The position numbers and the translations under genes were made by a program. Under the pieces are notes generated by a model that saw nothing but the letters and a program-made list of their open reading frames with translations, was not told the origin of the DNA and searched no databases. DNA of 63,995 nucleotides, filler included, from Reticulomyxa filosa (taxonomy: Eukaryota > Protista > Foraminifera), in NCBI GenBank assembly GCA_000512085.1. It is 18 parts of 18 records of this genome, joined end to end, with 100 filler letters (N's around TTAATTAATTAA, not from the genome) between each part and the next. Parts side by side here need not be neighbours in the genome. Positions count along the whole stretch, not along the records: positions 58,792 to 62,408 come from ASPP01029287.1; positions 62,509 to 63,995 come from ASPP01039362.1; 16 more parts are not named here. One strand, written 5' to 3'. Every line of letters starts with the position of its first letter. Within the stretch, counting starts at the first letter, position 1. Positions 61,823-63,995 of this stretch are shown piece after piece.

Positions 61823-62138
61823 GGAGGCTGTAGCTTAATGTGTAGAGCCCGCTGTACTTGATAGGACTTGCTTAGCATTAGGGCAAGCTATCTTTGGAGA
61901 ATTCTTCGAAATTTTCTGGTAGTGGTGCAACTTCAAAAGGGTTGCTAAGGCTGGCCAGTATGTTGGGGTGCGTCTTGTGTGTCTATGTGCCAAGTCGCAG
62001 AGCTATATGCATACTTGACTACAACTGGCGCATGTCATTTATATTGCTAGTAGCAATACCAGTAATGTGGGTGTCTGTGCAATGAGGCAATGCCTAATCG
62101 AAATTAGCGGATATGTGAGTTCGAGTCCCACTCCGCCA
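61823..62138 (+). ncRNA. Candidate Pol III-type structured RNA: tRNA-like 5' and 3' halves enclosing a 252-nt multi-hairpin insert
   Basis: D-arm/A-box TAGCTTAATGTGTAGAGC (61831-61848); CCGCT (61849-53) pairs with AGCGG (62106-10); T-arm/B-box GTGAG-TTCGAGT-CCCAC (62115-31); ends CTCC-G-CCA; T9 run at 62158-62166; at least 5 internal helices. Confidence 0.65.
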
Positions 62139-62508
62139 TTAAATAAAAAAATTTACATTTTTTTTTAAAAAAAAAAACATCAATAAATTTATTTACATAC
62201 TTTTGTGTTTTGATCATTTGCATAATATAGGTTCTTCGATAAAGACTTATTCTTGGTTGGTCGTGATCAATCATCGAAGATTGCAATCAAGATAAAATTG
62301 TCAAATTATTTTAAATTTTTGTTGTTTGTCACTTGCAAATAGTCCGATTTTTTTCAATTTTTGCGTTTTGGAGTTTGCATTGTAATCTTTTTCGTAGTAG
62401 GCTTTTTTNNNNNNNNNNNNNNNNNNNNNNNNNNNNNNNNNNNNNNNNNNNNTTAATTAATTAANNNNNNNNNNNNNNNNNNNNNNNNNNNNNNNNNNNN
62501 NNNNNNNN

Positions 62509-63995
62509 CATGGTCATTATTGGAAATGCTATCGTCACAAGGGTGACCAGAGCGGATTAGCTTCGTATTTTGAAAGAATACAATCGTGATATTGCATTAT
62601 AACAGCTGGACAAGATTCTATCAAATAAATCCCAGACAATCTTGATTTTGCAATCGGGTGGCACCAAGATCCAGTTTCCAAGAAAAAAGAAAAGAAAAAT
62701 GTGATGATATCGCGCAAAGTAATAACGATATGAAAATTACAGTATCGCAACGGGATTTACTGAAGAAATATAAAAAGATGAAAAAAAGGACTTGGACGTT
62801 GTAACATGTGTGATGGTCGAGTAAACCACGACATCAAAAGAATCATTTCATATGCAAAGGTTCAATTTGGTGGAGGAGTTATGCGAAGCTCAAGCCAAGA
62901 TCATCCGTAAACAAGAAGGGAAGAGGTAGATGATAAACGGAAGAAAGAGAACGCCAAGACTCCGGGGAGCTATACTGCGTTGTATTCTTTTTAAAAAAAA
63001 CGTTGTCGGCTTTGCTAGTTGTGGAATGATTCTTTACACACCCAAATGGAGGCTTTGCGCGCTCTCAGACATGGACTAACTTTATAATGCGCAAATCGAA
63101 GCTGCTGGATGATCTTGACAATATCAAGCGAAGTAGCAATGATGATATGATAGTGACAACAACGAAACGCAGCCCATGTTCTTCATTGTCAATTATTGCA
63201 AGATATTGTGTGCGCCGATATTTGCATGCTGTTTCTGTATTCAATAGACTTTGGGTCGGTGTGCGCGGAAGACATAATATTTGATACACCATCTATTACG
63301 AAGAGCAACAATGTCGTGCCACTCGATAATTGGATCAATGATTCAAAAGCCTCTCCACCATTTGGTGAAACAAGGTAATGAATGCTTCGATGTGTTGGAG
63401 GGCTCTGGGCCCTGCTGTGTGGATACGTGTACAGCGTCAGTGTCAGCAGTCGATCGTATTATACTTTCTCCCGAAGCGTCGTCGCTGTGAATACGTATTT
63501 GGTTACCAAAAACCGAATTACTCGGACTGAGAAGGGAAGTATTTGTTATTGACAAGGCCGCCACTCAAGAAATGATAGCGCTATAGTGGACGAGCCTTTC
63601 AATGTTGCCAAATTCCCCCAAGTCTATTTAATCGTCCAAAATGAATACGTGATGGGGTATTGCCATGGAATTCGAAGCGCGCGCATTCGAACAGAAAAGA
63701 AATCAATTTATGGCATCACGGACTTCTGTCATAGTTGGTCATTTATATGCGCCTGCCACTTTCCTGTTATGCCTGACGTTATAAATTGTATTTGGGTCCA
63801 TTGCTTGAAAGTTTTTATATGTATATATTTTTTTTATGTACATATCCAATAATTATTATACGTATATTTATTATATATTTATGTGTTATTTGAAATTTTT
63901 GAATAGGTATTTCAGATTGTACAAACGGAGATGGAGGTACGCTACATGAAGTTTTGGAATGCATATGGACATGCTGTTGCTACTTACATTGTCAT
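62509..63995 (+). pseudogene. Coding-like, heavily interrupted sequence of unknown family
   Basis: Higher GC with short staggered ORFs (63087, 63196, 63586), an AT-rich intron-like block at ~63811-63915 and an exon-like tail. Confidence 0.3.

Noticed and set aside
61823-62138. Ordinary tRNA gene with a canonical 37/38 intron
   Set aside because: No valid anticodon loop in either register, an incomplete acceptor stem, and an insert far longer than typical. Kept instead as a tRNA-like ncRNA candidate.
17603-62508. Regularly recurring TTAATTAATTAA flanked by Ns as a repeat or CRISPR-like array
   Set aside because: Identical synthetic 100-bp linkers between contigs. For the same reason no gene-cluster inference was made across them.

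Overview
This is AT-rich, intron-containing eukaryotic DNA made of 18 unrelated contigs joined by 17 artificial 100-bp linkers (N44-TTAATTAATTAA-N44), so adjacency across a linker means nothing. The gene families (massively expanded WD40, Kelch, TPR and PPR paralogues, many pseudogenised, with a recurring W-[IT]-R...GWIxDF motif) resemble the freshwater foraminiferan Reticulomyxa filosa; this is inference and was not checked. Genes reconstructed by hand-splicing: DHHC palmitoyltransferase (catalytic motif on a 34-nt exon), PPR protein, complete six-exon MND1, 7TM protein, CAP-Gly+ankyrin protein, RPLP2, RPS23, POLK (5' part), aspartate carbamoyltransferase (5' part), a bacterial-type sorbosone/PQQ sugar dehydrogenase, an atypical Rho GTPase and a cold-shock-like+Schlafen AlbA_2 protein. 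There is also a long-TIR Tc1/mariner-like element with related termini at three contig starts. The most unusual signals are non-coding: (1) a ~316-nt tRNA-bracketed, heavily structured Pol III-type RNA candidate at 61823-62138; (2) a cluster of structured islands behind RPLP2, one resembling an H/ACA snoRNA; (3) a structured element in a long intron; (4) introns with weak GTT donors, A-rich acceptors and fold-back T/A tracts. Many single-base frameshifts lie in homopolymers and are probably sequencing errors. All structures were paired by eye and no database searches were run.
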